A stretch of DNA of 64,000 bases from NCBI GenBank assembly GCA_028534125.1, contig CM052818.1, positions 8,806,001-8,870,000 on the forward strand. The letters run 5' to 3'. Origin of the DNA: Lama glama (lineage: Eukaryota). The position numbers and the translations under genes are program-made. Position 1 is the first letter of the stretch; every line of letters begins with the position of its first letter. The notes beneath the pieces were generated by a model that was not told where the DNA came from, searched no databases, and saw only the letters and a list, made by a program, of their open reading frames with translations. Shown piece by piece: positions 1 through 13,006 of the stretch.

Positions 1-347
1 TCAGATTTCAGGTTAAAATGTTTGCTGGCAAGCATTCCACAGAGCTGGTTCTTTACAACCTAGCTTTTCTGCTAGTTTTCTATTGTGGGAGGGGCCAGAC
101 TTACTGGAGCTGCTTGATTCTCCAGGGCAGGCAAACTGGGGTTCTCAGACTTCACAGGCACCCTCCAAGGCTGGGGAGGGAAGAGAAGAAAGTCTCCAGT
201 TTGATCCCAAAGGCCTGTCTGCAGCAGGGAGGGCTCGGGAAGCTAGGATGAGAGCCTTCAGTTACCACCTCTCATCTCTGAGGTCTGGCTCCTGTTTTCT
301 GGGTGCTGGGAACTAGTTAATTTTAGTGTACAAGTAGCCCAAGACAT
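1..347. mobile_element. Probable LTR remnant, truncated by the window edge
   Basis: LTR-like composition ending in ...CCCAAGACA; family not identified and the other end is not visible. Confidence 0.3.
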
Positions 348-383
348 CTTGAAGTGGGTGAGAGTCAGCTGTTCACTCACTAC

Positions 384-953
384 TGAAGGAAAATTAATAA
401 AGTGGCTGCACTTAGGCTAACAGACTGCTTATTCTTATGCTTGCCCTTAAAATGGTCAACTGACCTGACTGACCAGCTGCTACTCACAGCTCCAGGCCTG
501 TTGTTAAAATAAAGCTATTAATTCTACTGTTTCTGCTTTATTCCAGTAATCGAAAGTGATAATCATACTTGGTTTCTGAGTTGTTCTCCAGGGAGAAGGT
601 CACAGAACCGTAACCTTACAAAGTAGGCTAAATACCAAGAAGACCATGCCTTGAGTGTTAAATAAAGAGGTAGAAAAAAGTGACAACCACTAGCCTCTAT
701 AGAATTGGTCTTATGGAGGCATCATGACAACACTGTAAGTCTTATGAATCTGTTGATTGTTTATTGTTTGAGTTATGGCTATATAATCACCCCACCCCAT
801 CCCCAAGGTGGGTTCACAGTTTTGAAGGCACTAGCCAGCTCTAAGTCCCCTTTGCCCAGCAAAGTAATAAAGCTCCTCTTTTCTTCTAAGCTCTAAGACC
901 CTGTCTCTGAGTTATTTGGCTCATCAGGGATGGGGGCCAATATTTCAGCAACA
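384..953 (+). mobile_element. Solo ERV1-class LTR with 4-bp TSD
   Basis: Starts TGAAGG, ends GCAACA, flanked by CTAC at 380-383 and 954-957. Has a TATA-like TATATAA (~780) and AATAAA (~866). A homologous copy lies at 27706-28301. Confidence 0.9.
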
Positions 954-1715
954 CTACCTCAATATTGAGTCATAATGAAAGCTAAGTCTCAGACCAAAAT
1001 GGACCCCCTATATAGACATTTTTTAAACAAACATTCATTAGCAATTAGGCACAGAACATTTCATGCAACCTGCCCAGTAGGTTCCATGAAGTCCCAGCTC
1101 TTGTCCTTTTAAATGATCCAACCACTACCTGGCGTGAACAGTCCATGGAAGGCAGAACCAATATTTTAGAGGCAGGATTTCATCATCCTTGCGGTATCAG
1201 CATCAGACTATCAGAACCGTCCGAAAGCTATGTCTGGAAACAAGAGTGGCTCAGGGGCAAGTGTCCTCACAGGTTCATGCTAAAGGTCTTGCTCGGCTCT
1301 TATGCTCTTTCCAGGCAAACATGAGGAGTGCCCCTAAAATATTTTAGCCTTTTCACATACCTTGACTATCTTTAACTTTGTCAGTGAGAGCCCTTTTCTA
1401 TCATTCCTCATGCTAATTACCAAGCCACAAATTCCATCACATAAAGTCCTTTTAGGGTATTCATTGTGCTGATTAGCAATGTCTGCTGTGAAAAAAAATA
1501 CAGATTACTCAAGCACTTGCAGGGGCCACCTCGGCAGATGGCCTTTCTGATACAAAGCTATTCAAAGACCCTCAAACTGAAGCTTAATCTAACTAGCAAG
1601 TACACAGTACTACACCATCAATGCCGCAGTATTTTCAAGTAAATTACAAACATCAAGACACTTGCTTTGGCCTGGGAGGGAAAAAATAATCATTTTCATA
1701 AGGTTCAATGGAAAG

Positions 1716-1778
1716 CTAGTCAGTACCAGGACCATCAGTCCCAGGTTCTGTGACTATTTCATCAGTTGTAACTTCTGT
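1716..1778 (-). CDS. Candidate terminal coding exon of an unidentified minus-strand gene
   Basis: Minus-strand acceptor ...aatcattttctttccag. Reads TEVTTDEIVTEPGTDGPGTD* (phase 0) or (D)RSYN** (phase 1); both are phase-compatible with exon 6011-6068. No homolog recognised. Confidence 0.3.
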   Translation of the reverse strand, partial: TEVTTDEIVTEPGTDGPGTD

Positions 1779-2121
1779 CTGGAAAGAAAATGATTAACAT
1801 GAGATACGATTGAAGTCTGTGAGATTGTACTGGGTACTCCAAACTCCTACGCATTGTAATACAGGGAGATACTTGTTACTTGAAAGAGCTGATTTTAGTG
1901 TAAGTAGAAGGAAATGTCATTTCATATGATTCTGATGGAACTGGTTATTCCCAAAGGTAGTTCAGGATGTAAACAAATAATTTATTCTGGGCTAAATCAA
2001 AGGTCAGAAAGTTACAGCCCACAATATTTTATTGGGTCTGAGCAATATTGTAAAAGTACTGAATTTGATAGCTAGTTTATAAAAATCAGTTGCCATTCTC
2101 ATAAAAGTCTCGATTTCCAGC

Positions 2122-2257
2122 TTTTTTGGGGGGTATGGATTAGTTTTGTTTATTTATTTATTTAAAATTTTTAAAATGGAGGTGCTGGGGATTGAACCCA
2201 CGACCTTGCACATGCTAAGCATGCACTCTACCACTGAGCTATATCCTCCCCACCCCC
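2122..2257 (-). mobile_element. tRNA-derived SINE (Vic-1-like)
   Basis: tRNA-like head (minus strand: ...atatagctcagtggtagagtgcatgcttagcatg...), A-rich tail, TSD ATTTCCAGC at 2113-2121 and 2258-2266. Confidence 0.9.
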
Positions 2258-2494
2258 ATTTCCAGCCTTTCTTGGAAGAAAAAAGGTCTGGTAACCCTTG
2301 GTCTGCATTCTCTGCTGGAATCAAGGATCCATGTAACAGGCGTTTCCTCTCCAGGTTGCGACAGTCCTCACTGTGCCCTAACATCTCCCAACACTGAGGC
2401 CCAACGCCAGCTGCCACTTACACTCTCACCTGCACTGCCAGATTCCTTACAGCAGAGTTAAGAGAAATGTGAATTATTTCTTGTGCCTTGAGCA

Positions 2495-2720
2495 GCACTT
2501 TAGCATCATAGTTTAGAGTCCAGGCCCTGGAGGTAGACAGCTCTAGGGCTCTTCTGATTCCTGGTTCTTTCATTTTTGTAGTTAAGTGACTTTGGGCAAT
2601 TGCTTAACCTCTCTAAACAGAGATTTCCTTATCAGTAAACTGAGACAGATACTGGAATCTACTTCATAGGGTTGTTGTGAGGATTAATGCTCTCAGGGCG
2701 GCCTCAGGTAAGTGTCTCTG
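2495..2720 (+). mobile_element. MIR SINE
   Basis: MIR core motifs: gtgactttgggcaattgcttaacctctct...cataggggttgttgtgaggattaa-like. Confidence 0.75.
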
Positions 2721-3049
2721 AGAGCAACACAGACCACCCAGCCCACCCAGCCCTCTTTCATCTTTTATGTCTCCCACCTGGCCCTCTGCAGGCACTGAGC
2801 TCCAGATCTCTGGTTTAAATAAAGAGGTCTGTATCATTTCAAAGTGAATTATTAATAAAACTGAGCATATCCAGGAGATACTCCTCACCTTTGAAAATCA
2901 TTTGATGGCGCACCCATTAATGATCTGCACCAGCCGAGCTTGAAACTAAGTAATGGACCAAGATCCTGCAGGGATCCTGGAGCTGAATTTCTGCCCAAAT
3001 GCTGCCTTGGAGTAAGATGATCCCTCTGGCTCAGCAGACAGCATGTCTT

Positions 3050-4090
3050 CAAGAAAAGGCCAACCGCAAAATGGGAAGAGATAGTCACATACATCAGCTG
3101 CAGAGGATTAGTATCCAAAATAACATAAGGAATTCCTACATATTAATAAGAAAAAGACATGTAGTGCTCTAGAAAAAAATGGGCAAAAAGATGAACAGGC
3201 AATTCACAGAGAAACAGGGATGATCTATAAACTTAGGAAAAGATACTCGAGTCTACAGATATCCAGAAAATAAAAGTTAAAACCACAATAAAGTATCATT
3301 TTATACCCATCATATCAGCAAAAATTTTACAGCCTACCAATACCACCACCACTACCAAGTCTATGCATTGCTGGTTGAATATAGATGGGCCTGGCCTCTT
3401 TGAAGAGCAATTTGGAACTCTCTGCAAAAGCTGTCTATCCAAGGTTCCAGGGGTTTCATTCCTAGGAATCAACCTTAGAGAAACCCTGGCAGAGGTGAAC
3501 AAAAGATGCACAAAAATGTTTATGGCCCCAGTGTTCGTAATTGCTGAACCTGATAATAACTTAAATATTTATCAGAATAAATTAGGACCTACTCATACAA
3601 TACGCAGTCACTATATGCATCAAGCAAAATGATTCTCCAACACATTCGGGACAAAAAGCAAGTTGCGTAAGAAAACACTCACCACGGTAACCCACTTGCC
3701 AAAGAAACTCAGCGCAGCTACTCACCTGAGCCTGCTCACTCTCCCTTGAGAGCATACAATCTATCCCTTAATAAATCCTCTCTTGAAAAGAAAAGACAAG
3801 ACAAGACTCACTATGATGTCATATATATAAAACAGCATGCAAGGAAGTACTACACAGTGTTTGGAGACACAAGTGTAAAAAACATAAGGGAATAATAAAT
3901 GCCAAATTTAGGATACTGATTACCTGTGGAAGGAAGAGAGGGCAATGAGAGCCAGAACAGGTCTGCAAGGGGCCTCAGCTGCCTGAGAACTGAATGATTT
4001 GAGCTGGGTGAGTGTGTCTGGTTGTGTGCTGTATTTGTCCTTAAAGCTTTTTGTATCTACGGAATATTATAAAACAAATTTTAAATAAAT
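3050..4090 (+). mobile_element. Old L1 (L1ME/L1MC-like) 3' region
   Basis: Degenerate L1 ORF2-end/3'UTR motifs (aaatgggcaaaaagatgaacaggcaattcacaga; atttcattcctaggaat-like). Confidence 0.7.
3683..3797 (+). mobile_element. Retroposed LTR 3' end (processed ERV transcript fragment) inside the L1
   Basis: LTR-like text, AATAAA at 3770-3775, A-rich tail, TSD AAGAAAACACTCAC (3669-3682) / AAGACAAGACTCAC (3798-3811). Confidence 0.6.
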
Positions 4091-4155
4091 GACATTTATT
4101 AATTTCTATTGTGCTAGTTTCCTCTTTTATTTCAGAGTTAAAGCTTTTCCCAGGC

Positions 4156-4490
4156 TGTATTAGTTTGCTGTTGCTGCTTTAACAAATTACTAGAAATTTA
4201 GTGGCACACACATTCATTATTTGACAGCTCTGGCCCCTCCCTCCATCTTCCAAGCCAGCAGCACAGCCTCCGTCTTTGCTACCACAAGTCTGAATAGGAC
4301 TCTCCTGCTCGTCTTATAAGGCCCCTTGTGATTACACTGGCCCACTCAGATATTCCAGGATAATATTCCTATTTCAAGTTCCTTAACTTGATCACTTCTG
4401 CAAAATCCCTTTTGCCATGGACAGTAACACATTCACAGGTTGGAAGATTAGAGCGCAGATGTCTTTGGGGACATTTCTGTCAGCCACACA
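4156..4490 (-). mobile_element. MaLR LTR (MLT1-like)
   Basis: tgtattagtttgctgttgctgctttaacaaattac...gtgattacactggcccactcagatattccaggataat...gccacaca. Confidence 0.75.
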
Positions 4491-4821
4491 GGCCTTCAGC
4501 ATTCATAGGCTCCAGTGTAGGGCCTACTGAGCCCAGTGGAAAGCCCCTGGCTGCTCAGCTCCTAAGTATTTGAACTGATTTCCCTGCCCTGGGAGGGACC
4601 CAGATGGCCACAAAGCACTTTAAGGTACCCCGAGACAGGGGAATCACAAAGGCTGGAAATTCCCAGCCTGGAGAATAAATGGGTCCAGAACTGTTTTCCT
4701 CAGAGCAGCCAATGATCACTTTAAAACATAAATCTGATTATGACCCTCTCCGTGTAAAACCCCATCATGGCTCCCCCTTGGCTTTAGAATAAGGAACTAA
4801 GTCCTTAGTGTGGTCCCCCAC

Positions 4822-5030
4822 GGGGGTTTCTCAACCTCAGCGCTACTAACATTTTGGGCTGGGTCATTCTTTGTGGTGGGGGCTGCCCTGTGCATTGGAG
4901 GGTGTTTAGCAGCTTCTGGGGCCTTTACCCACCAGATGCCCGTAGCTCCCCCTCCCTCCCCCACACACTTCTGATGACCTTGTTAAATGTTAAATGCCCC
5001 TGGGGGACAAAAGTGCCCTTGGTTGAGAAT
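4822..5030. mobile_element. MER20-like hAT DNA transposon inside an L2 fragment (~4700-5440)
   Basis: gtttctcaacctcagcgctactaacattttgggctgggtcattctttgtggtggggg...ttggttgagaa. Confidence 0.8.
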
Positions 5031-6010
5031 TCCCGCCTGAGGAGGTCCCACAGGATCTGGGCGCTGTTCACCTCGCCATCTTGCTCTCTCTCCTTCAGTC
5101 ACCTAAAGGACATCTCCCAGCTGAACACAGGAGGGTCCCTCCAGCATCTGGATTTCTGCATATACTGTTCCCTTTTCCTGGATCACCTCTCCCCACATGT
5201 CCTTACCTGGCAAACTCTTTCTTGTATCTCAATCTAAACATCTCCTGCTCAGACCCCCCCTCCCTGCCCCCTTCCAGAGATCACTGCTGGGTGCTGCCAC
5301 AGGCCCCTCCTCCCCTGCAAACCCTCTTCACACCTGCCATCATTTGTCTGCCTTTCCATCACCCAGACACCTCCAGGAGGGCAGGGCCTGGGACTGTCTT
5401 GTCCTACTGATCACAGTGTTTCTTGTTTAGTAACCACGTAGTCTGTATTATCTTGTGACTGGCGGACACTGTCAGCCCAACCCCCATGTGTCTCATAATC
5501 AGACGCCCAGGAATCAGACTGTTAAGCCAGGTAAATCCCCAAGAAAGATCTGGGACTAATTGTCTGCTCCATGTTGCGTCTGGACTCTGTTGGCCCCATT
5601 AAAGATTAAGTGGTCAATCAGTGTGATTTGAAAAAGAGCCTTTTCCTAGGGGCAGTGAAAAGAGGATTCACAGGGCTAGGCACCAGGCACCCTTTGCCTC
5701 AGGGTCTCCTGTTAAATTATGTCCTCTCTAGGGAAAGGCTGGCACCACTAACTGGAACCAGCTGCCAGGACTCTGGGAAGAAAGCCAGACAGCGGTCACC
5801 CGCAGATGAGGAACAGCCCAGCAGGCTGTCACTTGTCAGCTCCAGCACAACGGACCATTCACAGGCCAGCATTCCCCACTAAGAGCTATGTAGACCCCAG
5901 CCAGGTCCCCACTGTCCACCCCAACTAGGGGCACGTAAAATGCAGGCGAGGCAAAGATCTAACACGCCATGGGGACACGGCCTCATCTTGCTGAAAGATC
6001 AACGCTTTAC

Positions 6011-6068
6011 CTGATTCAAAAGTTGCAACTGAGGCTGTGAAATGGAATCCTCTGAACAACGGACCATG
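6011..6068 (-). CDS. Candidate 58-nt internal exon
   Basis: Minus-strand acceptor gctttgtccttccag, donor CAG|gtaaag. Open in two frames: MVRCSEDSISQPQLQLLNQ and HGPLFRGFHFTASVATFES. Confidence 0.3.
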
Positions 6069-7429
6069 CTGGAAGGACAAAGCCCAGGCCCCTGGCATTC
6101 AGTAAGTGCCTGAACTTCCTGTGCAGGAAGGCTGTCCTTGCCCTTCGCCTGCGTTCACCCTGCTCCCCGCCAGTCCTCAGCCTCCCAGAGCCAGCCCTAC
6201 CCCTCGCTCTCAACCATGTTGCCAAATCCATATTCCTTGCATTATTATGTACTTAAAATGTTCCTTTAAACATATATACCTTTCTCCTTCACAAAAATAC
6301 TTATTTTCCGGTTATGTAAATAACGTCTGCACATTGTAAAAAATAAAAACAAGACCAAAAAATGTAAGGAAGACAAAATAATGTGAGATAACCATCCTCA
6401 ACATCTGGTGACTCTCCTACATCTCTTTATCCAAATGCACACACATAAATGTGATTTTACACATATAAGATGAACCTCTCTGCTCAAATACATGTATCAA
6501 AAAGGAACTTTCCTATTAGCATCACTAACAGCAAACTGCCATCATTTGCTGGAATAGAAGGCAACCTCTCCAAAAATAACAGAATGAAAACAAAACAATG
6601 TGATTAACTATCTAGTCAGATACCATAGCTCCCAAGGCTGCCAAGCTTGAGGCCCAGTCCCTAGGAGGTAAAAGGGAGATTAGTAAGCCTTAGAGAGTCT
6701 TGACAGGTCAGATCCAAGGAAGACTTTCTCCCAGATACAATTAGAAGAATTGGAAGAGAATGAACAGAAGGGAGTCTTTCTCTACTCTGTCATCTGTTCC
6801 AAGTCTATGTACGCAGTAGCTTAAACCTCTGGGGTGCCCTCAAGTGCCTCCCACATTCAGTGCAGAAGGAAAAGGCAGGACCCATGAGTCCCAGACCCTG
6901 CAGGGTCCACTCAAGACCTCGTGGAGGGGAAGGCCCCCTAGGCACCCTCTGCTTGCCCCCAGAAGCCCCAGAAAACAGTACCTCAGGGGTACCAGTCCCC
7001 ATGCCTCCCAGCCCCAGGGACCCCTCTTTCCCCAGCTGAGCCAACAGCAGATCCCAGGGCTCCTTTCCCTCCTCCCTCACAGAAACTCTTCTGTCTCAGG
7101 AATCACCATTCCTGGGCAGCACACCCACAGTCCGCATGTGTCATTATGAGGACAAGCCCTCCTGCCATGGGCTGCATCCCCGGAAGGGAAGGGGAGAGTG
7201 ACCTCAGGGCCAGGACAGGGTTGAGGAGAGCAAGGTGCTCAGGGTGCAAAACTGCAGAAGGTGCTCACTCTGGGCGGCAGACCCTCAGGCCTGAGATGGG
7301 GCACCCTGCTCATCCCACCCTCTCCGGCCCTGGCGCCAGAGCCCAGCCTCGCACTCAGTACGAGGTGCTGGGATAATTGGGTATCCCCGAGAAAAAGATC
7401 AAGTTGGAGCCAACCTGATCCTTCCCTAG

Positions 7430-8770
7430 CCTACACCATACACAAGAGTAAATTCAGTGTGTCCCAGCCCAACGTGAAAAAGAAAACGGAAAACTTTCAG
7501 ACAACGTAAGAGAAATCAAACATAGCTTTATGATTTGAGAGCAAGGATTTCTTAAAGCAATATCAAAGAACCATAAGTGAAAATGTCCATAAACTCAACT
7601 GTTGTAATTATCTGACTGCTTTTCTAAAGTCAATATAAACAAAGTTAAAAGACCAGTTACAAGCTGGGAAAATACATTCGCACTGCATATAACCCATGAA
7701 AAACTAGTATCAAGGATCTACAGAGAGGGAAAGATTTTAAAAGAACATAAGAAAAAGTAGACAAAAGACTCAACAGCACACTCACAGAAGAGGGAAGATA
7801 AATATCCAAAACATATGCAAAGAGATGTTCAATTGCACTACTAACCAGGGAAATGCAAATTAAAATTACATCCATTTGGAGAATGTAAATTGGTGCAGTC
7901 ACTATGGAAAACAGTATGGAGGTTCCTTAAAAAACTAAAACTAGAGTTGCCATATGATCCAGCACTCCCACTCCTGGGCATATATCTGGGGGAAAAAAAC
8001 CTCTAATTTGAAAAGATACATGTACTCCAGTGTTCATGGCAATACCCAAGACTTGGAAGCAACCTAAATATCCATTGACAGATGACTGGATGAAGAAGAT
8101 GTGGTATATACATACAATAGACTACTACTCAGCCATAAAAAAGAATGAAATAATCCCATCTGCAGCAACATGAATGGGTCCAGAGGTTATCATGCTAAGT
8201 GAAGTAAGTCAGAGAAAGACAAATATCATGTGATATCACTTATATGTGGAATCTAAAATATGATACAAATGAACTTATTTATGAAACAGACCCACAGACA
8301 TAGAAAACTAATTTATGGTTACCAAAGGGGAAAGGGGGTGGGGAAGGGATAAATTAGGAGATTTCGGATTAGCAGATACAAACTACTATATATAAAATAG
8401 ACAACAAGGTCTTACTGTATAGCACAGGGAAGTATATTCAATATCCTATATTGAACCATATTGAAAAATAATACAAAAAAGAATATATATATATACATAA
8501 CTGAATCATTTTGCTGTACACCAGAAACAACATTGTAAATCGACTATACTTCAATAATTTTTTTTAAATAGGCATACAGATTTAAAAATTTTTTTTAATT
8601 AAAAAATAAAATTACACCCATTTGGTTGGCAAAAATGTAGAGATCTGACAATGCCAAGTGGTAGTGAGATTATGAGGAAATAAGAACTCTTAGCATGCAG
8701 GTGGGAGTGTGAATTAGGACCATTCTTAGGAAGGCAGTGGTGATGTCCTGTAAGGGCAAAGATGTGTGCA
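7430..8770 (+). mobile_element. Old L1 (L1ME-like) fragment interrupted by a younger L1
   Basis: Degenerate ORF2 3' motifs (aaacatatgcaaaagagatgttca; gggaaatgcaaattaaaa; ttggcaaaaatgtag). Confidence 0.65.
7880..8606 (+). mobile_element. Younger 5'-truncated L1 3' end (artiodactyl type)
   Basis: tatggaaaacagtatggaggttcc...ctgtacaccagaaac...tatacttcaat with A-rich tail; TSD TAAAATTACAyCCATTTGG at 7861-7879 and 8607-8625. Confidence 0.9.
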
Positions 8771-9709
8771 TGTAGCCCCTTGACTGGCTTTTTTTATCCT
8801 CAGTTCTTCTGAAACTTGACATCCTACTTTATCTTTCTAAGGTTCAGCTCTGACCATAACCCTTTCCTCTTTAGACGCTTTCAGTGTCCCCCACTTCCTA
8901 CAAAAGAAGCATCAAATTCTTTATTGACATTTTTGTGACATAACCAACCCACCTTCCGGTTTATATCCTACTCTGCCCTACGTTCTTAATGTTCCCTCTG
9001 TAAAACTAACTGCAGGGTGGAACATCTCTTAATCTTGAATCATATGAAATGTTAAACAAAGGAGACTTGGAGCTAGGGGATAATCTCATTTAATACCTTT
9101 ATGTCACAGATGGGAATACTGAAGCTTGGGCAGGCTGAATGCCTACCCAAGGCCATCCTGTGAGACAGAGAATCAGAAGAGACCCCAGCTTTCCTGAGTC
9201 TCTCATCAGGGCTTTTATCACTTCACATCCCCTCCCGGGCTGACGGATGGCAGGCCTGGCTATGAGGGTACAGGGACTCCAGTCCCCTTTGCTCCCTCCC
9301 CATCACCCTACTTGACACAGCCCAGCAGTGACAGCCACCATTTTCACGAAGTAAAAATATGCCAGGGAGCTACACAGGCAGGTACTTTCTGTGCCTGCAG
9401 CTAGCCGGTCCTGAAGCAATATATCCCTGAACTGGGGCGCCCTTGTGTTCCCCTTGTCAGCAGGGAGCAGCCAGATCTCTCTTTTAGTGTAATTGGTTTA
9501 GTCTTGTGGGTCTGCTCTCCTCCCAGCTGTCAAAAGAGATTATACAGAAATGACTGCTGCATCGACCACGGTTCAGGTGCAGGCTGAGGCCAAAGCAGGA
9601 GGAAATTTCCAAACGCACTCATTAATCACAGTAAATACCCCGTGGCTGCTGGCTGCATTACTTTCCTCCAGCTGCAATCACTTTTGCTCCAGCCAGCGCT
9701 CAGAGGTCT

Positions 9710-10060
9710 CCCTCTAAGCGGCCGTGCCCTCCGCAGCAGGGGCCCGCGTGCCGGAACAGAGGGTTGGGGAGAGGGTATAGCTTAGTGGTAGAGCACGTGT
9801 TTAGCATGCACGAGGTCTTGGGTTCACTCCACAGGACCCTCATTAACAACAACAGGGAGGGTGGGGGTTGGGGCCGAGTTCGGAGCCTGTGAGGGTCTGC
9901 ATTCACCCTGCAAGCCTCCCCTGCCTGAGAGGGCGCGATGTTAAACAGCAAATTTTAAAACACATGAGGAGACAAGAGGGAGACCACAAAGAAAAGAAAA
10001 GAGTTTTTCTCCGGCTTTTTGAACAAGGCACCCAGCATTTTCAGTTTGCACTGGGCCGGC
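9710..10060. mobile_element. MER45-like hAT DNA transposon carrying a SINE
   Basis: ttttgaacaaggcacccagcattttcagtttgcactgggcc terminal motif. Confidence 0.55.
9766..9853 (+). mobile_element. tRNA-derived SINE (Vic-1-like), short
   Basis: gagggtatagcttagtggtagagcacgtgtttagcatgcacgaggtcttgggttc. Confidence 0.85.
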
Positions 10061-10079
10061 CCCACCCCCAGCCGAGCCG

Positions 10080-10386
10080 TCTCTTAATCTGTTTGGTCTG
10101 CTGTAACAGAACAGCATACACTGGGTGGTTTAAGAACAACAGAAATTTGTACCTCACAGTTTTGGAGGCTGGAAGCCCGAGATCAGCACTGTCGGGTGAG
10201 GGTCACGGACTCCTTATTGCATCCTCTCAGGAGCCTCTTCTATAAAACCACTAATCCTACTCCGGAGCGCTCCACCCTCAAGATTGAAGCACCTCCCCAA
10301 AGCCCCACCCACTAACACCATTACTTTTGGGGAGTTAGGATTTCAACACACAAATCTGAGGAGACGCAAACATTCAGACCAGAACA
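10080..10386 (-). mobile_element. MaLR LTR (MLT1A/MST-like)
   Basis: ctgctgtaacag...aacaacagaaatttgtacctcacagttttggaggctggaag...caaacattcagacc. Confidence 0.75.
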
Positions 10387-10569
10387 AGCAGATTCTAAAC
10401 TTCACTGGGGAGAAGTGGACCATCATCTGATGGGTCAGAATCCCATCGGTGCCTGGAAAAGTGGAGCTGCTGGGATTGCGGGCAGGGGAGGCCCAGCCCT
10501 TAGGGTTCCTGCATCAGCACCTGAGCAGGTCTGTGGATCCAGGTCTGTGACGACCTCTGACGGTCCACC

Positions 10570-10752
10570 CCAGCAGTCCTCAAACTTCAATGAGCAGAAA
10601 GTCACCTAGATGATGTGTTAGAAAGGCAAATTCCAGGATCCAGCCACAGAGATTTTGACTCAGGAGGTGTGGGGTGGGGCCTGAAATTGTCCACCTTGAA
10701 CAGGCTCCAGGTAATGCCGGCACCGCAGGCCTGTGGTCCACGCTTTGAGGAA
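10570..10752. mobile_element. MER5A-like DNA transposon
   Basis: cagcagtcctcaaactt...ggggtggggcctgaaatt...ggtccacgctttgaggaacactg. Confidence 0.7.
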
Positions 10753-11069
10753 CACTGATAACCGCTCACCTCACAGAGGAAGCAGCAGACTGGGGGCCTT
10801 GTCCCCTGGCACACTTGTTAAGGGCAGGCACCACAGATCCCAGGTCTCCACCCTCCAGCAGCGCCTTCCTGACGCCTCATTTAGACTCTCAGGGTGCTTG
10901 GGGAATGACACTGTGAGTTAGGACCGGTCTCTGAAAGTTTCCATTAACCCTCGTTCAGCAAATGAGTATTTTAGCAACTGAATAAAGCACTCCTCACTTC
11001 TCCTTCTGGATGGATGAGGCAAGGCAAGTAAGTAGCCCTGGGAGCAGAAAGATCATCCATCATAATAGC

Positions 11070-11260
11070 CAATCCCCAGGAAGCACTTCCCAGGAGTTTT
11101 ACATGCTTTGATCCTCTCCACCAACCTAGGGGATAGGTACTATTATTACACCCATTTTACAGATGACCAAACTGGCACTCAAAGAGTTTGGTAACTTGAC
11201 TAAAGTCACACAGTCATGATGCAGAGGCAGGATTTTCACAGACGCACCCTGACTCCTCAC
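11070..11260 (-). mobile_element. MIR SINE
   Basis: gataggtactattattacacccattttacagatga...aacttgactaaagtcacacag. Confidence 0.75.
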
Positions 11261-12839
11261 AGCTCTCCCTAAAGAAGCTACACTGTTGGGAACCAACAAC
11301 TCAGTTCTGGCTGCCTTGCTGGAGCCTCCCCATGCCTCTGCTCTCCGACATAACAATTTGTTTCATCAAAACCAGGAAGGGAAAGAGTCTGCTAACATGA
11401 GAGAAGCCAGGAACTTGTATAACCTAACCACAGATGTGGCATCCCATCCCATTTAACACGTTCTATTGGTAGAAGCAAGTCTTGGGTCTCATCCACACTC
11501 AAGAGGAGAGGGTTACACAAGAGCAGGCACCATCCAGAAGCTGCCTGCCACAGCCTTAGCCAAGCAGAGAATTCCAAGGAATCAGAGGAATTCTACATTC
11601 AAACCTAGTCCTTTAAAGTTATATTTATTAAGGGAGGAAAACAGATAACATTTTAGTCAACATGTGTCAGCTTGAGTTACAACTTTTAAATATTTAGACA
11701 AATGGGACATAGGCCTCTATTGATACTCTCATCCTGGCCCCGTAAGTACTAGGACAGGCCTGCTTCTATGGTTTGTCCTGGCTCCCACCTCAGAAAGGCA
11801 AGGCCTCCTTGGCAGAATCCTGTCTGTGACCATTTGCCCCTCGTCCTCCCAACCCCCCAGCTTAGCACTGCAATCAGTGGGAAGCAATCAGTAAAGTTTG
11901 CCTAGGCATCCACTGGCAGCTGCCGGGCTCCGGCGGTGACCCTCCTCCAGCCACTGCCCTGAGGTTTGAAACCTCACTGGTTGTGCTTCCTCTTAAGCAA
12001 GGAGAGACTCCCACATGGCACAGAAAGATAGTGAGGAGAGCAAAAGCCACCACATCAGACAGGCAAAGCTGACTCCTGCCAGTGGAGCAAAACCTCTGCC
12101 TTTAGATAAAAACATGATTGTTTAAATGATTAAATAAATAATGATTATTAGGTTTCTATTTTTTATTTTATGTTTAGTATAAAAATGGTGAATATGATTT
12201 ATATATTTTTAAAATCCGTAGGAAACAGAAGAGCTACAGTTCCACCACTAACTCTCCTTGTTGTGTGTGTGTGCACGTGCGCACAGCATATACATATATA
12301 TTTGTATATATTTATGTATTTTAATTTTGTAATGTAATATGTTACATTAATGTAAATTTGTGTTTAATATATTTTAAATTTCCTCCTTCAGAAAATGTTT
12401 TTTATGCATAGCTGCTGCTGCTGCTGCTACTGTTAAATTTGTATGGTTTGGGGGCTTTTGGAAAAATAAAATCATGCTGTCTATTCAATTACATATTTAC
12501 TTTTTCAGAACAGTGAATGTTTTTTATAGATTAAAGAAACAGAATTTTAAAATAACTTTTAAAAATAGATCATAGATTCACAAGGTCAGAAAAGTACCCA
12601 GTGAAAAGTCTCCCTCTCTATCCCCAGTTCACATGCCTGGCAGTAACCAATGTTAACAGATCCTTCTGTGTCCTTTCAAAGATATATATATACACACACA
12701 CACATACCTACATACATACGTACATGCAAATATATAAACATTTTCTTCTTCTTTCCCATCTTCTCCATAGTGGTAGCCTATATGCACACTGTTCTGCACC
12801 CAATATATCTTGGAGATAGTTCCATATCTTTATATACCA

Positions 12840-13006
12840 ACGGTTCTCTACCTGGGTTGAACATTTGAATTATCTGAGTTGCTTTTAAAAATTCCATATG
12901 CCCAAGCCACACCCCAAACCAGTTAAATTAGAATCTGTGGGAGTGGGGCACAGGCATCAGGGTTTTTTTAAGCTTCCTTAGGTGCAGCCAAGGTTGTGTA
13001 CCACTG
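12840..13006. mobile_element. MER5A-like DNA transposon
   Basis: gttaaattagaatctgtgggagtggggcacaggcatcag...gtgcagccaaggttgtgtaccactg. Confidence 0.7.

Noticed and set aside
9380..9526. Minus-strand acceptor (tctcttttgacag) as another coding exon
   Set aside because: All three frames hit stops and the downstream donor is weak.
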